The notes under the pieces: generated by a model
The model's database searches: none
What the model was told of the DNA's origin: nothing
The model's input: only the letters and a program-made list of their open reading frames with translations
Translations under genes and position numbers: made by a program
Shown: positions 1 through 16,100 of the stretch, one piece after another
Layout: each line of letters starts with the position of its first letter
Numbering within the stretch: position 1 is the first letter of the stretch
Source of the DNA: Chlorokybus atmophyticus
Lineage: Eukaryota; Plantae; Mesostigma and Chlorokybus algae
Length of the DNA: 64,000 bases
NCBI GenBank assembly: GCA_009103225.1
Contig: RHPI01002264.1
Coordinates: 176,779 to 240,778, forward strand
Direction of reading: 5' to 3'

Positions 1-3000
1 CCCCCCCCCCCCCCCCCCTAAAGGCCTGTGGAAGTCCCTGCAACAGGATTCACTTTGATCGGGAGTTTGGTAGTTCGTGGGTGCGTCAGGCATCGCACCG
101 GTAGGCTTTCAAGGGGATCTATGAAAGAGGAGGTTTTAGGGAGTAGCAGTGCATGCCGTTGTTGCATCCGCCGCACAGCATCATGGAGGCGTTGTCATCA
201 GCACTGCCGCACTGGTCACATCCTTTGATGCGGAGGGGGCGTGGATGACGGATTATGTCGAAGCCTGCCTTGTGGAAGGTGACAAGGCGTGCAGTTGGTG
301 ATGTTGTCCTTGACGCTTGCCGTCGTTGCCAAGGGGTTTAAGGACTCCGAAGGGGATATACTTTCAGGACTTTGTAGATAACGCGTTGGACGCAAATGTC
401 CAGGTTGTCCTGTGTGCGGGCCATGCGGTGTACAAAGTCACCTGCTTCAGAGCGCTGATTGCGCTGTTTGTAAAAGCCGATGCGGATGCGTTTATAGCAA
501 AATGTGTCGCGGTGTTGAGCAATATGCAGGTTGCTTGTGGCCATTGGGACTAGGTAATTGAAGAAGTCAGCGCGAGCCTTCTGTTGAGGACATTGTTGTA
601 TCCGGTCAGCTTGCCCTTTTGATAAGACCAAGTGCGAGAAGGTTCAAGTCGAGAAGAGTCCAGGCGCGGACATGAGTCTTGAGAGGCGGATGGTTTTGGG
701 CGTGGCGGTAGAAGTCTTGTAGCTTCGTGTTTACGTTATTATATGGCGCGTGGTGTAGCTTGTTAAAAAGCTCTATGAATAGCTTCGTGGCGCCACTTAC
801 AGCGCAGAAATTGGTTGAGTGTAGAAGTCGTGGTGGCTCTCAGAGTAGACATGTGCAGAAATAGGGGGTATAAAAGCCCGCGGAATGACTTTGTTGTAAT
901 CCTTAAAGTGCCTTTTGGATCAGCCTTGTGTGTATGCTCTGGTGGAGTGTATGTTCTTGTGCTTGCACTAGTTCCATGAATAGTGAGTAGTGTCTAAATC
1001 TCTACATATTGTGGTGGTGGGAGCAAGGTCGAGTCCTACCAGGGTGATGGGGATGGCACGCACTGTGATGCCAAGTGCTTGCTGCTTAGTGTTGAGCACA
1101 ATGCCAAGGGAGTACGGGCACGAGTGCAGGTCAGCTGTAGTGATGCCGAGGGTGCGCGCGAGGTGCTTGCCAATGAACACGGGCTGTGCGCCGGCGTCCA
1201 GCAATACTCTACTTGGTCCTTTGCCATCAATAATGAGCATGTGCTTGCCTTGGTAAGCAATCATGACAGCATTAACAGGGACGCTGAGTTGGTCATGAGC
1301 ACGGTGCGGTGCGAAGGCAGATAATCGTGTGAAGGCAGAGCCAATGGTGCGCTGTGCGCTTGCATGTGCTGGATGATTCACCTGTTGGTGGTTGCTGTGA
1401 CAGACCAACGCCAGGCGCGCAACCTGATGGTGATGGCTGGGATGAACCTGCTCCACCAGCTATTGATGACGGCAGGGATCCTTTAATTGGCCCTGGTTCA
1501 TCGTTTGGATGGTGCGGGAAGTTGCTCGGCCAGAACGTTTCGAATAAAAAGCACCGCCCTGCATGTACTGCTTGCGTGACTAGCATGGTTTCCCATGTGG
1601 CTGAGGGCTTGTGATTGAGGTTATTGCACTCATCGACGCGGGGCATTGGCAGCAAGTAAAGGGTCGTGATTAGCTTGCGCCTGAGGGTGTGGGTGAGAGT
1701 GGGTACGCGCAGTATCTCTACAATGTGGCGATCCCAATGACCACCCATGATTCCCCTTTCCACTACTGTCATATCGCGTGCGGGAAGGGTGGTAGCTGGT
1801 TCATAATGCTGAAGAACATGCCGCCGTTCGTAGAGTATGCGGTTATGTTGTTTGGCTGCTTCAGCTGCTGGCATCCAAGGGTGAAGATCAGCTACGTTAG
1901 TGGAGTTGATCAGCGCGTGGCCCCCTTCCTCGTTGAAGGCTTGCATTATGGACCATGCGATGGCACTTAGCCATTCCCACTAAGTAGCAAATGCAGTCAT
2001 GGGCACGCTGGGGTGGTTGTGCACCATCCAGTTTAAGACTGGTTCTGGTACCCGGTTCATAGGATGGCGTCCCAGCAGGTGGTGGAGACGCCGTGTGATG
2101 AAGCCGGTGTTGAGGTTCAGGTCCGACATGACCTGTATGCAGATGCGCTGCTCCTCTGCCAAGCCCGCGCCCGAGCAATGATTGTATCCTTCAAGTGTCA
2201 AGTAGCCCAGCCCATGATAGCGCTGCTGTGGTGGCCATATTAGCATAACAGCAATTCTTTGGGGCTCTGTGCGGCCTCGCGTGCAGCTCCAAGGGGTGCC
2301 TTTATGGTGCGGGGGGATGCGTGGCAGGTGGCCCCTGCTGTTGGCCCAATCGTCGCACCACTGCCCATGTGCGTACTTGGGCTAAGGCCACAAGACGCAT
2401 GGTGGAGTTTGACCGTGTTAGCGTCCGAAGTTTAACATTGGCAGTGAGCGCGGCCCCGACCAGGATGCGCATGGTAACCTCCGTGTCCAGCGGGCCAAGC
2501 GGAGAGGGATCCTACTCTAGGATTTTGACTGGGTATGGTGGAGGGGCGGTGCAATATGGTTTTCATAGCCCGCCAAAGATGGTAAAGGCCAGTGGCGCCA
2601 CCTGCAAGCTGTAATGTTGATGCGGCAGCTTACAGCGCTCCATTAGCTTGGGGCCGATGCCGTTCAAGATCTCATTCCCCAGAGCTTCGCAAGCGGCAAC
2701 GTCAGTACAGAGACCCGCAGCTGCCAGACGTGCAGCTAGAGTAACCTGTGTCAGGGGCGGAGGCGGCCCCGATGGTGCTGTTTGCGCTGCTTCAACAGCA
2801 GCGGTATTATGCTGTGCGGCGGCAGCATTAGCAGCGCATTAGAGTGCCCGCTGATGCGCGCGGCCTCTGCGGAAACGGTCCCGGTGCATCTGGTGCGGCC
2901 GGCGTAGAAGCCTCTGCTACCTGCTCCGGGTGTCTGATGCTGTAACTGAAGCCCGTTTTGCGGCTGCAGGTGTGGGATGTTGAGCCTCTTGTCCTCGCGG

Positions 3001-3530
3001 TGAGCATTCCCACGGCGGTGAGGGTGAGTCCCGATCACACTTAGTTGCCATGCCAGCGTGACAAAAGACAGGGTAGCAGGCCTTGTAGTCATGGTCCTGC
3101 CTTCCCAACTAAGCAGTGAGCTCGTCAACCCTTGCAGTGAAAGCTGCCATTGCCTCAGGAGTTTCTATAGCTGCGGCCTTTTGTGCGGCAGCGACGGCAC
3201 GTGCGCACCCGATGTTGTTTCATTTTTGTTGTGAGGGCCGGTTTTCCCCACGCTAGCTATTGGCATTGTCTCGGTGCGCGCCAAGGTTGTTGTTGTTGAT
3301 GATGCTGTTGTAGTTGTAGCCACTGGCTGGCCTAAAGTTAAGGTGCTTGGCGTAACACACCGCCTCCAGATGTCCCATCTTCTGGCAGTGGTCACACATC
3401 AGGCGTCGTAGTCGATCGTACACTCCTTTTACTAATATCAGTGGCGCCCGCAGTGATGGCACAAGGCAGGAGCAGGGAGTGCACCATGAATTACACTGCT
3501 GCCTTTGGTGCGCCTGTGACGCGGTCAACA
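1..3530 (-). mobile_element. Degenerate Ty3/gypsy LTR-retrotransposon internal region: gag zinc knuckle, aspartic protease, integrase C-terminal tail and PHD finger; RT/RNaseH/IN core not found
   Basis: Minus strand, in order: CCHC knuckle CDHCQKMGHLEAVC (~3355-3396); retropepsin motif VLLDAGAQP (~1185-1207); integrase-tail motif NLHIAQHRDTFCY...GDFVHRM...DNLD...GVL..LGNDG..NCTPCHLP (~270-545, frameshifted); PHD finger CDQCGSADDNASMMLCGGCNNGMHCYSLKPPLS*IP...RC (~87-222). A G-run (C-run at 1-18) sits where a polypurine tract would precede a 3' LTR. Multiple stops and frameshifts. Confidence 0.8.
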
Positions 3531-3599
3531 CTGCTGCAAATCCAGTTTAGTTAATTTAACTCATACGCGAGAGCACGTCCGCATGAACTGAAGCTATTC

Positions 3600-5580
3600 T
3601 TTTCCAGGACCATGAATTGCACTGCTGCCTTCTCAAGAAACAGTGCCATGCGGGTGAGAGCTCATATCTTGCGTGCAAGCATGCGCGCGCGTGTGTGCCC
3701 ATGTGGATGTCTGGAAGGGAAGAGAGGGGATGTATGCGTGTTTCATCTGTTGTGTGCGCATATATGCGTGTGCCTGTGTACAGCTGTACATGTGCCAACT
3801 CGTCTGTGCGTGAATGCGCGCGCAAGCTGAAACGTTGCAATATGATTGGACACCTTCGTGCAGGGCGCGTCAATGGGATGCAGAACACAGACAACGCTGG
3901 TGTTGACACGTATGCAATAGCGAGGATGATGCAGCAGGCCAAGGATGTCATCGCTCATTCATATTTGAGCAATCTTCCCGGCGATGTGCTATTGGCAACA
4001 GCTGGTTGTGAGCCTGGCAACCCGGAGGGCTACTATCTGCCACGAGCCACTTTGGTCAATTCCGTGTGTTACGATCATCATGTACTATTGTTAGTACATC
4101 ATTGATAGGTGACACGGTCTCTTAACATATGCAGGAGCCACCACACGGGCTGTTGTCGCAGATCTAGCCTTCGATGGACGAGCAGTTACGGTTTGTCAAG
4201 CACGTAAGCAATACACTAGCAGTGCCGTAAATGAGCTCACTATGCATGGACACCCAACAGTTCATTGTGTGCAGCGCAATAGAGATGTTGCAGCAATCAG
4301 ACGCGGTCAAAAAGATATTGCTGCAAAAAAGTTTCTTTTATTGCTGGTGTGGCTGCGACGCGTGCTGGTGCAGGATGTTGCCATTGTTTACCAAACCATC
4401 CCGACCATACCATTTGCATGCAACCAGTGTTTTTAAGCGCTATTTTCCATGCATACAAACACGAGTTGGTGACATTTTGCAAAAGCGCAAAGAGCGAGCG
4501 CATGGCAACGCGCATAGCATACTTCCCTCCTTTAGTACGAGCATACCACCTATGCACATCTCTTAACAATTGTGCGGCATATGTCATTTGTGTAACATCT
4601 GTTTGACATGAACTTGCATTAATTGGCAGCTTGCTTCCATTTTACGTGATATGCGCGAGGGTGGTGCTGTAAAGCGGAGTCTGACGGCAGCTGTGCTCAG
4701 CAACCAGCAAGACTTGACAACCAAGGTGAATGCTCTGCCAACACGTGTAAGAGCAGAGGTCATTGCAAGCTTGCCCGAGTTTCTGCGCATGCAAGTCAAC
4801 CTCTTGACCGACTTCTTGAATACAGGTGCGACAAACATGACATATTGTTATGTGATAGCACACACGCACACGCACACGCACGCACACGCACACGCACAGG
4901 CACACGCACACGCGCACACACTCACACACACATTGAGCATGTGCAAATGAGCTCGGCAATCAGCAGCAACAACAACAACATCAACAACAGCCATCAACAG
5001 CGCAGCGGTAGTAATAGCAGCAGCAGCAAGAACAATGTTCACAGCCCGCCGACAACTGCGACTGGGCAAGCTGAGCGATACAGGATGCGCCATTCCAGCA
5101 CGATTCACACAGCACAACAAGTATGTGGTGGATATGTCTACCGTTACATTAATCAATGCATGTGTGTGAGCATGCTACATTGCGGCCGCAGCGGTCTTCT
5201 ATATAAGTGACTTGATGGTTGTAGTACAGTGTAAGTGTTGTAACACTTGTAAACACATGACAAGCATGGGAAGAGTTTAGTGTTGGGAATGCTACTACTT
5301 CAGCCATGATGCAGCTGGATGAGCATAAGCCATCATGCTCAGCAGCATGTCGCCAGAGTGGCCCATGCACGGCATGGTGCAAGGGAGACAAGGATGTGCA
5401 TCGTGTGTATGCCAAGCGCAAGCCTTTGTAGGAGGCTCTGAAGAACAAGGCAGAAGAGATTCAAGCGGTGCACGAGAGCCCTACATGGCAGGAGTGGGGG
5501 GTTGCAGCCGCCAGATGGTTCGATGACCGGCGCAGAGAGAGTAGGCTAACGATGGATTAGGTGTTTCGGTTGTATGCCGA
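3600..5580 (+). mobile_element. CryptonF-like tyrosine-recombinase DNA transposon remnant (NDC10_II-like YR domain plus GCR1_C domain), pseudogenised
   Basis: GHLRAG...NAGVDTYAIARM...HSYLSNLPGDVLLATAG...YYLPRA (~3845-4050; HxR and catalytic Tyr present); KDIAAKKFLLLLVWLRRVLVQDVAIVY (~4310-4395); VNT*QAWEEFSVG...LDE...AWCKGDKDVHRVYAKRKPL (~5245-5430, GCR1_C-like). Stops and frameshifts present; termini not located. Confidence 0.8.
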
Positions 5581-6339
5581 GAAGAAAGGACACTTGTAAG
5601 TTGTGTATATGTGTCCTTACATCTTTGCACATGTGTACACCATTGTAGAGTTCAAGCACATGTGTGACATAGTGAAGTTCATGCACATGTGTAACACACT
5701 CTTGCAAATAACATCATGATGCGGCTGATTACGTGTAGGTGGCAGCAAAGCCCTAATCAGCAGTCACACATAGATGTGCACATCCATACTAGCAATGTGC
5801 AGTCCCACGCTATGCGTGTTTAATGGCTATGCTTGACACAACATGCAAGTAGCAGAATTATTTACGTCACGCCCACAGGACAGGCAAAAGTCATTCTCTG
5901 TCTTTTACTTATGTGGTAAGTAGAATGAGACCAAGTGGGGACCCACACTATGCAAGTGTGTGTAGTGCTTGTGGGTGTGCTCTCATGTAGGTCTGCTCTT
6001 GAGCCTATGCGGCCTTGAGCATGATGAAATACAGAAGGCATGATGTGAAGCATAGGGCTAATCATAGCCAATGAGACATCATGTGATGTATAGGGACATA
6101 CGGGTGTATATGTCCACATGTGTATGCTTATGTTTACATATGAGTGCATATGCGTACATGAGAGGTGTGTATTATATATATGCATGTATGCGCATATGTG
6201 TGCATATGCGCACATATGTATGCATGGGCAAGGACGTTCACAACGTCCTAGGCTGATGTGTGTGATGTCCTAGGCTGATGTGACCAGCCTAGGGACGTTC
6301 CTCATGTCTGAGGCTGATGTGTGGTTCAGCATGCGACCT

Positions 6340-7500
6340 AAGGCATGGTAGTGCGACATGAGGCATGTCAGTGCGACATCTGGTTTGCACGCGAATTGTC
6401 ACAAGCAGCTACCATCATGCCGATGTGACATCAGCCATGCCTATGCGACATCAAGTTTGCACGCGGATGTTGACAAGCAGCTACCAGCATGCCTGTACGA
6501 CATCAGGTATCATGCAAACAATAGCCAATGCTCGTTGCTTGCCTCTATGATGTTCAGCATACCTGTGCGACACCAGACAAGTCAGTGCGACATTTAATGT
6601 CATGCAAACAATTGCTAATGCCCGTTGCTTGTCTCTAAGATGTTCAGCATGCCTGTGCAACATTAGGCAAGTCAGTGCGACATAAGGTTTGCATGCGATT
6701 GGTCACAAGCAATTGCCAGCATGCATGTGCGACATCAGCCATGCCTATGCGACATCAGGTGTTATGCGAATAATAGCCAATTCTCATTGCTTGCCTGCAA
6801 GATGTTCAGCATGCGTATGCGACATCTGGCAAGTCAGTGCGTCATCGGGTTGTATGCGAACAATAGCCAATGCTCGTAGTTGGCTTTTCAACATGCCAAG
6901 CATACCCGTGCGACAACAGGTGCGTCAGTGCTACATCAGGCTTGCACGTGAACGATGAAAAGGAGCTCCCTGTTTGTTTGTAAGTTGCAAGACATGCCGG
7001 TGCGACATCAACCCCATCATTGCGACATCAGGTTGCACGCGAATGGTCACAAGCAGCTACTTGCGTGCTTTCATGATCAAGATGTCAAGCATGCCAGTGC
7101 GACATCGGGACCTTTGTTCATCAGGTATGTCAATGCGACATCAACATGCATGCGAACGAGCAACAGCAACTACGTGTGTACCTTCATTCAAGCAAATATG
7201 CATGTGCGGCATCATCTATCATGCGAAGAACACTTCACGAATGACTTGCAACTACATGGTTGCCTAGGCTACTAAGCATGTCTTTGGGACACCAGGCTGC
7301 ATGCGAATGGTCACAAGCAGCCACATGCTTGTGACCATTCGACCTTGAAGCTGCCAGGTATGCCTATGCAACATCAACCATGTCTGCAACATTCAGTGCG
7401 AAAAATGATAGACACGTGATTTGCAGCTACCTCAGGCAGGCTGCTTGCCGCCAAGTTGTCATGCATGCTTACGCGACATCTGGTGAGTCAGCGCGACATC
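6340..7500. repeat. Degenerate composite minisatellite built on a GCGACATCAG core with two alternating modules
   Basis: Recurrent GTCAGTGCGACAT anchors near 6365, 6580, 6670, 6830 and 6925, with weaker copies near 7000, 7095 and 7490. Module A is GGTTTGCACGCGAA..GTCACAAGCAGCTACCAGCATGC; module B is TCATGCAAACAATAGCCAATGCTCGTTGCTTG..AAGATGTTCAGCAT. Confidence 0.85.
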
Positions 7501-8169
7501 ACAGAGCAGGATGCAATTGGTCATGATAACAACCGATTCGTGTTTAACATGTCAGCCACACACACGTGCACCGACAGGCAGCATGCGAATATTAGCAAAC
7601 GAGACTTGCTCGCCTTCCGAGCGCACGTGCAATGATACAGAGCTATTGGTGCAACAGCATGCACTATAACCAATGGTGGCGCTGGCATGCAACAGTCTGA
7701 AACCGACCACTCAACAACACAAAGAAACATGTTATGTGCAAGCATGACAAAGCGATTGCAAATCAGTCAAAGGTTGTATACATGAACATAAATGTTTGAG
7801 TTGACATATGCATGTAGAGAGTGTTCCCATGCATGCAATACGGTAATGTTGATATTATAATCAAGTCGTCCATGTGATGCAATAATAACATGGCACGCGT
7901 TTGTAATGATGTGCGCATATAGAAAAATTAAATTGTTAAATATGTCATTTTTTGTGTAAGTCATCCGTTGCTCAAATTAACCTACTACAAGATTGAGTTT
8001 ATGTGAAGGCAATTGAGCCAAGTCGATCAAACCATCGTGTGTAAATCAATGATAATAACAATGAGCATGGTAACCTCTCAGACAAATGAGTATTTGTGCA
8101 CGTGGTACACTGTGTCATGTTGCTCGTGCACATTTTGCACATCGTTACTCGAAGTACCGTTGTTAAGCT

Positions 8170-8450
8170 ATTGATTACAGCTCGCCCGCCGTTAGAGCAT
8201 GACAGAAAGGCCGGCAACCCCGTCGGCGCCAGGTACTGGTAGATACCAGTGGATACGGAGCCGCTCGGCCTCGGTACCGCGAGCGCAAAACCGGCGGGTG
8301 GCGAACTAAATAAATTGCGCCCCCCGCGCCAGAAGGGCGAACGGAAACTCCGCCCCCGGGGCGGAACGGCGAACTGCAAACTGCGCTCCCGCGGCGCGCG
8401 CGCTGGGGTTGCGGCCGGCCGGCCCCGCCGCTCTGTCCGACCTCTCAAAG
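8170..8450. other. GC-rich, hairpin-dense island of unknown function
   Basis: Abrupt GC rise next to AT-rich DNA. Stems: GCCGGC/GTCGGC, ACTGGT-AGAT-ACCAGT, CGCTCG/CGAGCG, CCGCCC/GGGCGG, and a closing helix CGCCCGCCG (~8181) with CGGCGGGTG (~8291). Three GGCGAAC repeats. Confidence 0.5.
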
Positions 8451-9108
8451 TTGAGGATGTGGTGAACGCGTTTGTTAACCGATAACTAGGCCGGCTAGTG
8501 CGTTGGAAAGCTTATAAACTCAGCTTTTCAACGCACTATCTCACCGTCAACACGAACAACAGGGCCATGAGCGACGGCCAATCCTTATCGAAGTGTCCGA
8601 AGTATGGCAAGTCACCCTACGCGCCATTCCTGCCGGGTATGTTGAGAAGGTCAACGGCATTGTTGACGATTATACACTGCACTCAGAACGCACATTGAGT
8701 CTCACGCTACCTTCATGTATCCTACCTGTGCAGTAGCCTCCAAATTAAATTGGTGCACTATCGTTTGCTAATTGCTTTCAGCAGTGTGCTTACAGAGAGG
8801 GAAGACTCATAACACTCTACCTCGGGAGAAGTCTTCGCACTGTACCTCTGCCACTATGAGCACGTGGACATGCAGTACCGTACGCAACGCAGCATCCGAC
8901 GGCTGCACGGTTTTCCAACAGCAAAACAGAATCAGATGCTCTCATCCAACGGTTCGTACCGGATTCGCGCTTTGTTTGTGACGATTCACGATGCGTCAGC
9001 CGCACAAACGTTGTGAGGCTCCGTAGCAAACTGCAAGCTGCAAACGCCAAAAGCAAAGCAAATTGCTGCATGAGATAAATCTTGCTAGTGTCGACGGCGG
9101 TAGCGGCC

Positions 9109-12129
<3,021 letters not shown>

Positions 12130-13127
12130 TTTACGCATCCCTTAACGCTCGGGGGTTACTGTGACCTAGTCACGTATTGTTCCCCTTTGGGTAGCAGTTG
12201 TTCAGTGGTGTCTCTCATCGTTGTATGTGCCGTTTGTGAATGTAGTTCGTGTACGGTATTTGCAATTTGGTAGGTAAGTTATAGTTTTATACGTCCATTT
12301 CTGCTGCCATGGCTGTACTTGGTCATGACCGCGAAGCAAGTGCATTCAATCATTCATATTGCTTGCGTTTCAAGTACTGTGTATGTCACTGTATGAGAAA
12401 GTTTGGTGTTGGACACGTTGACTTGTTAAACCTCATACATGCTGCGTGCCCGATGCATGTACTGTACACCACGCATGAATGAAAGTGACCATTGCATTTG
12501 ATATGTAGAGTAAGAATACCCACGCAAGTTGTCACGCAATGTGTGTGAACACATGCACACATATCACACGCTGCGCGAGTGTATGAAAAGCCTGTTCCTG
12601 CGAGCGCATTCCTCTGCTCTTGCATATGGAATTTCTCACAGTTGGTTGGTCAGTGTCATGCTGGTCAAGTCACACCCTAACATGTCCAGTAGTTTTAGCT
12701 TAGCACAGTATACAAACGACGCAAGCTGCATCATGCAAAGCACACCGCATGTAAAGCACACTCACATAAGAACTCAGCACACCGCATGCATGCATTTATA
12801 TCTAACACCTCCGGGCAACATGTTAGCCTAGCTACTCACTAAGCACGACACTAACCACCACTACCCCGCTAGACATCATGCATGCATGGCAATTCATAGT
12901 CTTTACCTGCACGCATATAGTGGCTGTGCTCATACAAAGCACGTTACAGACCTCAACCAAGTACATACTGTAGCCAACATGTATATACTTTAACTCAGCG
13001 CACGAAGCAAGTCACAACTCTCAACCAAGATCAATGGACGGTTTAGCCAGATGAATTATAACTACACGATATACAAGATACAAACGAGGAGGGTGATATG
13101 GAGTATGTACAAATGCGTTGCTACAAC

Positions 13128-16100
13128 TCATGTTGAAAGCGTCACAGCCAAGGACACTGTCAATATCACAACACTGATTGCAATCAGCCCATACCCCGCG
13201 CACTGGCTCTGTGGCGGTTGATATCTCTCCTCCGTTCCCAGCAGCGGTTCGCGCTCATCCCCTATATCGGCTCCCTTGTCCGGCGATATCAGCAACAAAG
13301 CCCCCGGCACGGCGAATATCACCACCACGCCCGCCGTGGACCCGATAACAGCAAACACCTTGCCGAGGTCCCGCACGAGGAGTGCGGGCACGAGGGTGGC
13401 GAGGTAGAAAGCCAACGTGAGTGTGACGTGAGTTGTTGTTGTCGGTGTGGGTGGCTTGGTTGAGGAGTTGGTACGGGTCCATAGCCCTTCCAACACGGCT
13501 CGGGCGGGGAAGTGATTGATCGGGTATGACACGATCGCAAGCTGAGAAAATACAGAGAGAATGGACTAGTGCACGCAGGCATACAAGATAGATACCAGGT
13601 GCTCGTGCACACCCACACATGTGTACATGCTCAAGAACGCATGCTCGCACGCACGCATACATGTGTACATGCTTGAGAACGCACGCTCGCGCGCACGCAC
13701 GCACACACGCACACGCACACGCATACGCGCGCGTGCATACAAGCAACCGCGTGGACACGCGTGCACGCGCACGTACGCCCGCCCGCACACACGCCCACCT
13801 CCACTCACCATTGCCATGCCCACGCGCGCAATCTCCACCTCCCCTCTCCCGTGCGGGAAGCTGGCCAGCGCGTCTCCACCGACGTCGGGGAAGGCAACGT
13901 AACCGTACACGCCCACAAGCAGGTACCCGATGAAACAGATGCTCATGGCGCCAACCGTCGCTGTGCGCATGGCAGACGGCTTGTCCGCGTGCTTGTCACT
14001 CAACTCCGCGTACAAAGGCAGGATCTGGACACGCATGCATGTTGGGCATAGGAAGTACATGCTTGTGCGTGTGCATGCGTGCATACGCATGCGTTCGTGT
14101 GCATATGTGGACCATGCTGTTATGAAGGAGTGCAAGTTGCATACTGCGTGGTTGTGGTCTCAACTTTGAGTGCTGTTTCTCATGCAGTATATGCACAGTA
14201 ACACAGGCGCACACTACTTGGATAAGAGCATACACCAACTGTGTCATCACTGCATACATGTGTGTTGATGCACTGTTGAGCTACACTGTGTATCCATGTA
14301 GTGTCGTCCATAACACAGAACGTATCAGGTGCATTGTGTGGCGTTCTTCGTTTAACACTTGCCAACTGTTCTAGTCCCACCTGCATGTGGCATTGGAAGG
14401 CGAAGACGATGATAGGCACCGCCATGAACGCTTGCGGGGACAGATTAAACCACTCAACTCCCACAGGAAGAGCAAAGTTGTTCTCCGCGAGCGAGTATAC
14501 ACCGTAGTAACACGTCAATGCGGCCACGTACCCGAGCACGACAACTGCAAACCGACACGGTGTGATTAACATCTGGCACAATATGAGAGTTTTCCCATAC
14601 TCACTTGCGAGGGTGCTTGCGATGGCGAGGCGACGAAGGCTGCGCATCATAGCTAGCGGGAGCGCGGATATCAATGAGACTGATGTGATTATCAGCGTGC
14701 GGGATGCGAGTATATTTCCGGGGCCAAATACATGTGTCGCACCCGGCTCGAGCATATCACCTGCAATGTGTGTGCGCGCGCGTGCGATGGAGCGTGTGAG
14801 AAAAAAGCCACATGAGTGTACGTGTATACAGCGCCTCAGGCCCAAACCACCACCTTGTGTGCGTGCGTGCATGCAAACACATAGACACACGCACGCACAC
14901 ATGTGCATGCACGCGTGCCCCTGTATGTATGTATGTGTGTGCGCTTGTGTCAACGTGCACTTGTACACGTGCACGCGCACACATGCGCGGGCGCGTGTGT
15001 GTCTCTGTGTGCTTGAACGCGCACCTTCACAGCGTGTGCATGCATATGCATGTGCGCATGTGTGCACATGAGCTGCTTCCCAAGCACTCACCGATGATGA
15101 TGAAATACGCGATGCACGCGCCGTACAAGTACGCAAGCATCGTGATAGATACCAGTGTTGCGGCGCGCGGGCCCAACGCTTTCGCGACCAGCGCTTGGTA
15201 GGACACCGCTCCACCCACATGATGCGCCCACCTCACAAGCACCTGTGCAGATGATGATGGTCTTGATGTAGAGTGAGCCAGATGCATATGATGCGATCCA
15301 CACATGCTGAAGCAGCGCGTGTGTGTGCCTGGACGCGTACGCATGCGCGTGCACGCACGTGTGCATCTGTGCAAGTGCGTTCACGCGCATGCGCACGCGA
15401 AGGATCGCGCGTGTGCGTGCGTGCGCTTGCGAGTAGATGTTGGTGCGCATGCGTGCATGCGCATGCACGCGCGCACACGTGCACGTGCATCTCCCCCCAC
15501 CTGTACGGTGTACGTCTCCAGCGCAGCTAGTGCGGCTGTGACCCCAAGTGCCGTCAGCATCCCCGCCCGTGCGAACGCGAAGGGGAAGGCCAGCACGCCC
15601 GCGCCCACCGACGCGTTGGCCACGTTGGCGCAGGTCGACCACACGCTCGCACCTCCACTCTTGGAAGAACGAAGCGACACCACACTGGGCTTGGAACCAA
15701 CTGCTGCTTGTGTGTGGCACACTGTGATGTGGGGGGTATGTGGGTATGTGGGTATGCGTGCATGCGTGTGTACGGGGGGAAGGGAGAGGGAACAGTCACA
15801 GGGCACAGGCTGCCCTGATTGGTGGTGGTGGGCTACCACTGTCGTGTGTGAGTAACGTTGTGGTGAATTGGAAGATCTTTAAGAAGGGCAGTCGGGAGGA
15901 CCAAAAAAAACAAAACAGCTGTGAATTGAACATGCGTGATAGGAACACGTACTCTGACAAAGGACAATCGTCTGTGCGTCATAAGTTGAGTTGCATGCGC
16001 GTGGTACACATGGAACCCACGAACGTGCGTTACAAGTGCAGGCCTATCAGCATCTTGGCACCATCCGAACCTTGCTCGTCCTCGCCCCCCCGTACATCGA

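Noticed and set aside
1-23. CCCTAAA after a C-run as a telomere
   Set aside because: Single unit only; better explained as the gypsy polypurine tract or a contig edge.
6340-7500. CRISPR-like array
   Set aside because: Units are degenerate with repeated rather than unique spacers; eukaryotic context with no cas genes.
8200-8260. HDV-like ribozyme or SRP helix 8 similarity (GGCCGGCA..., GCCAGG...)
   Set aside because: The nested pseudoknot and the GGAA/AGCAG motif cannot be formed.
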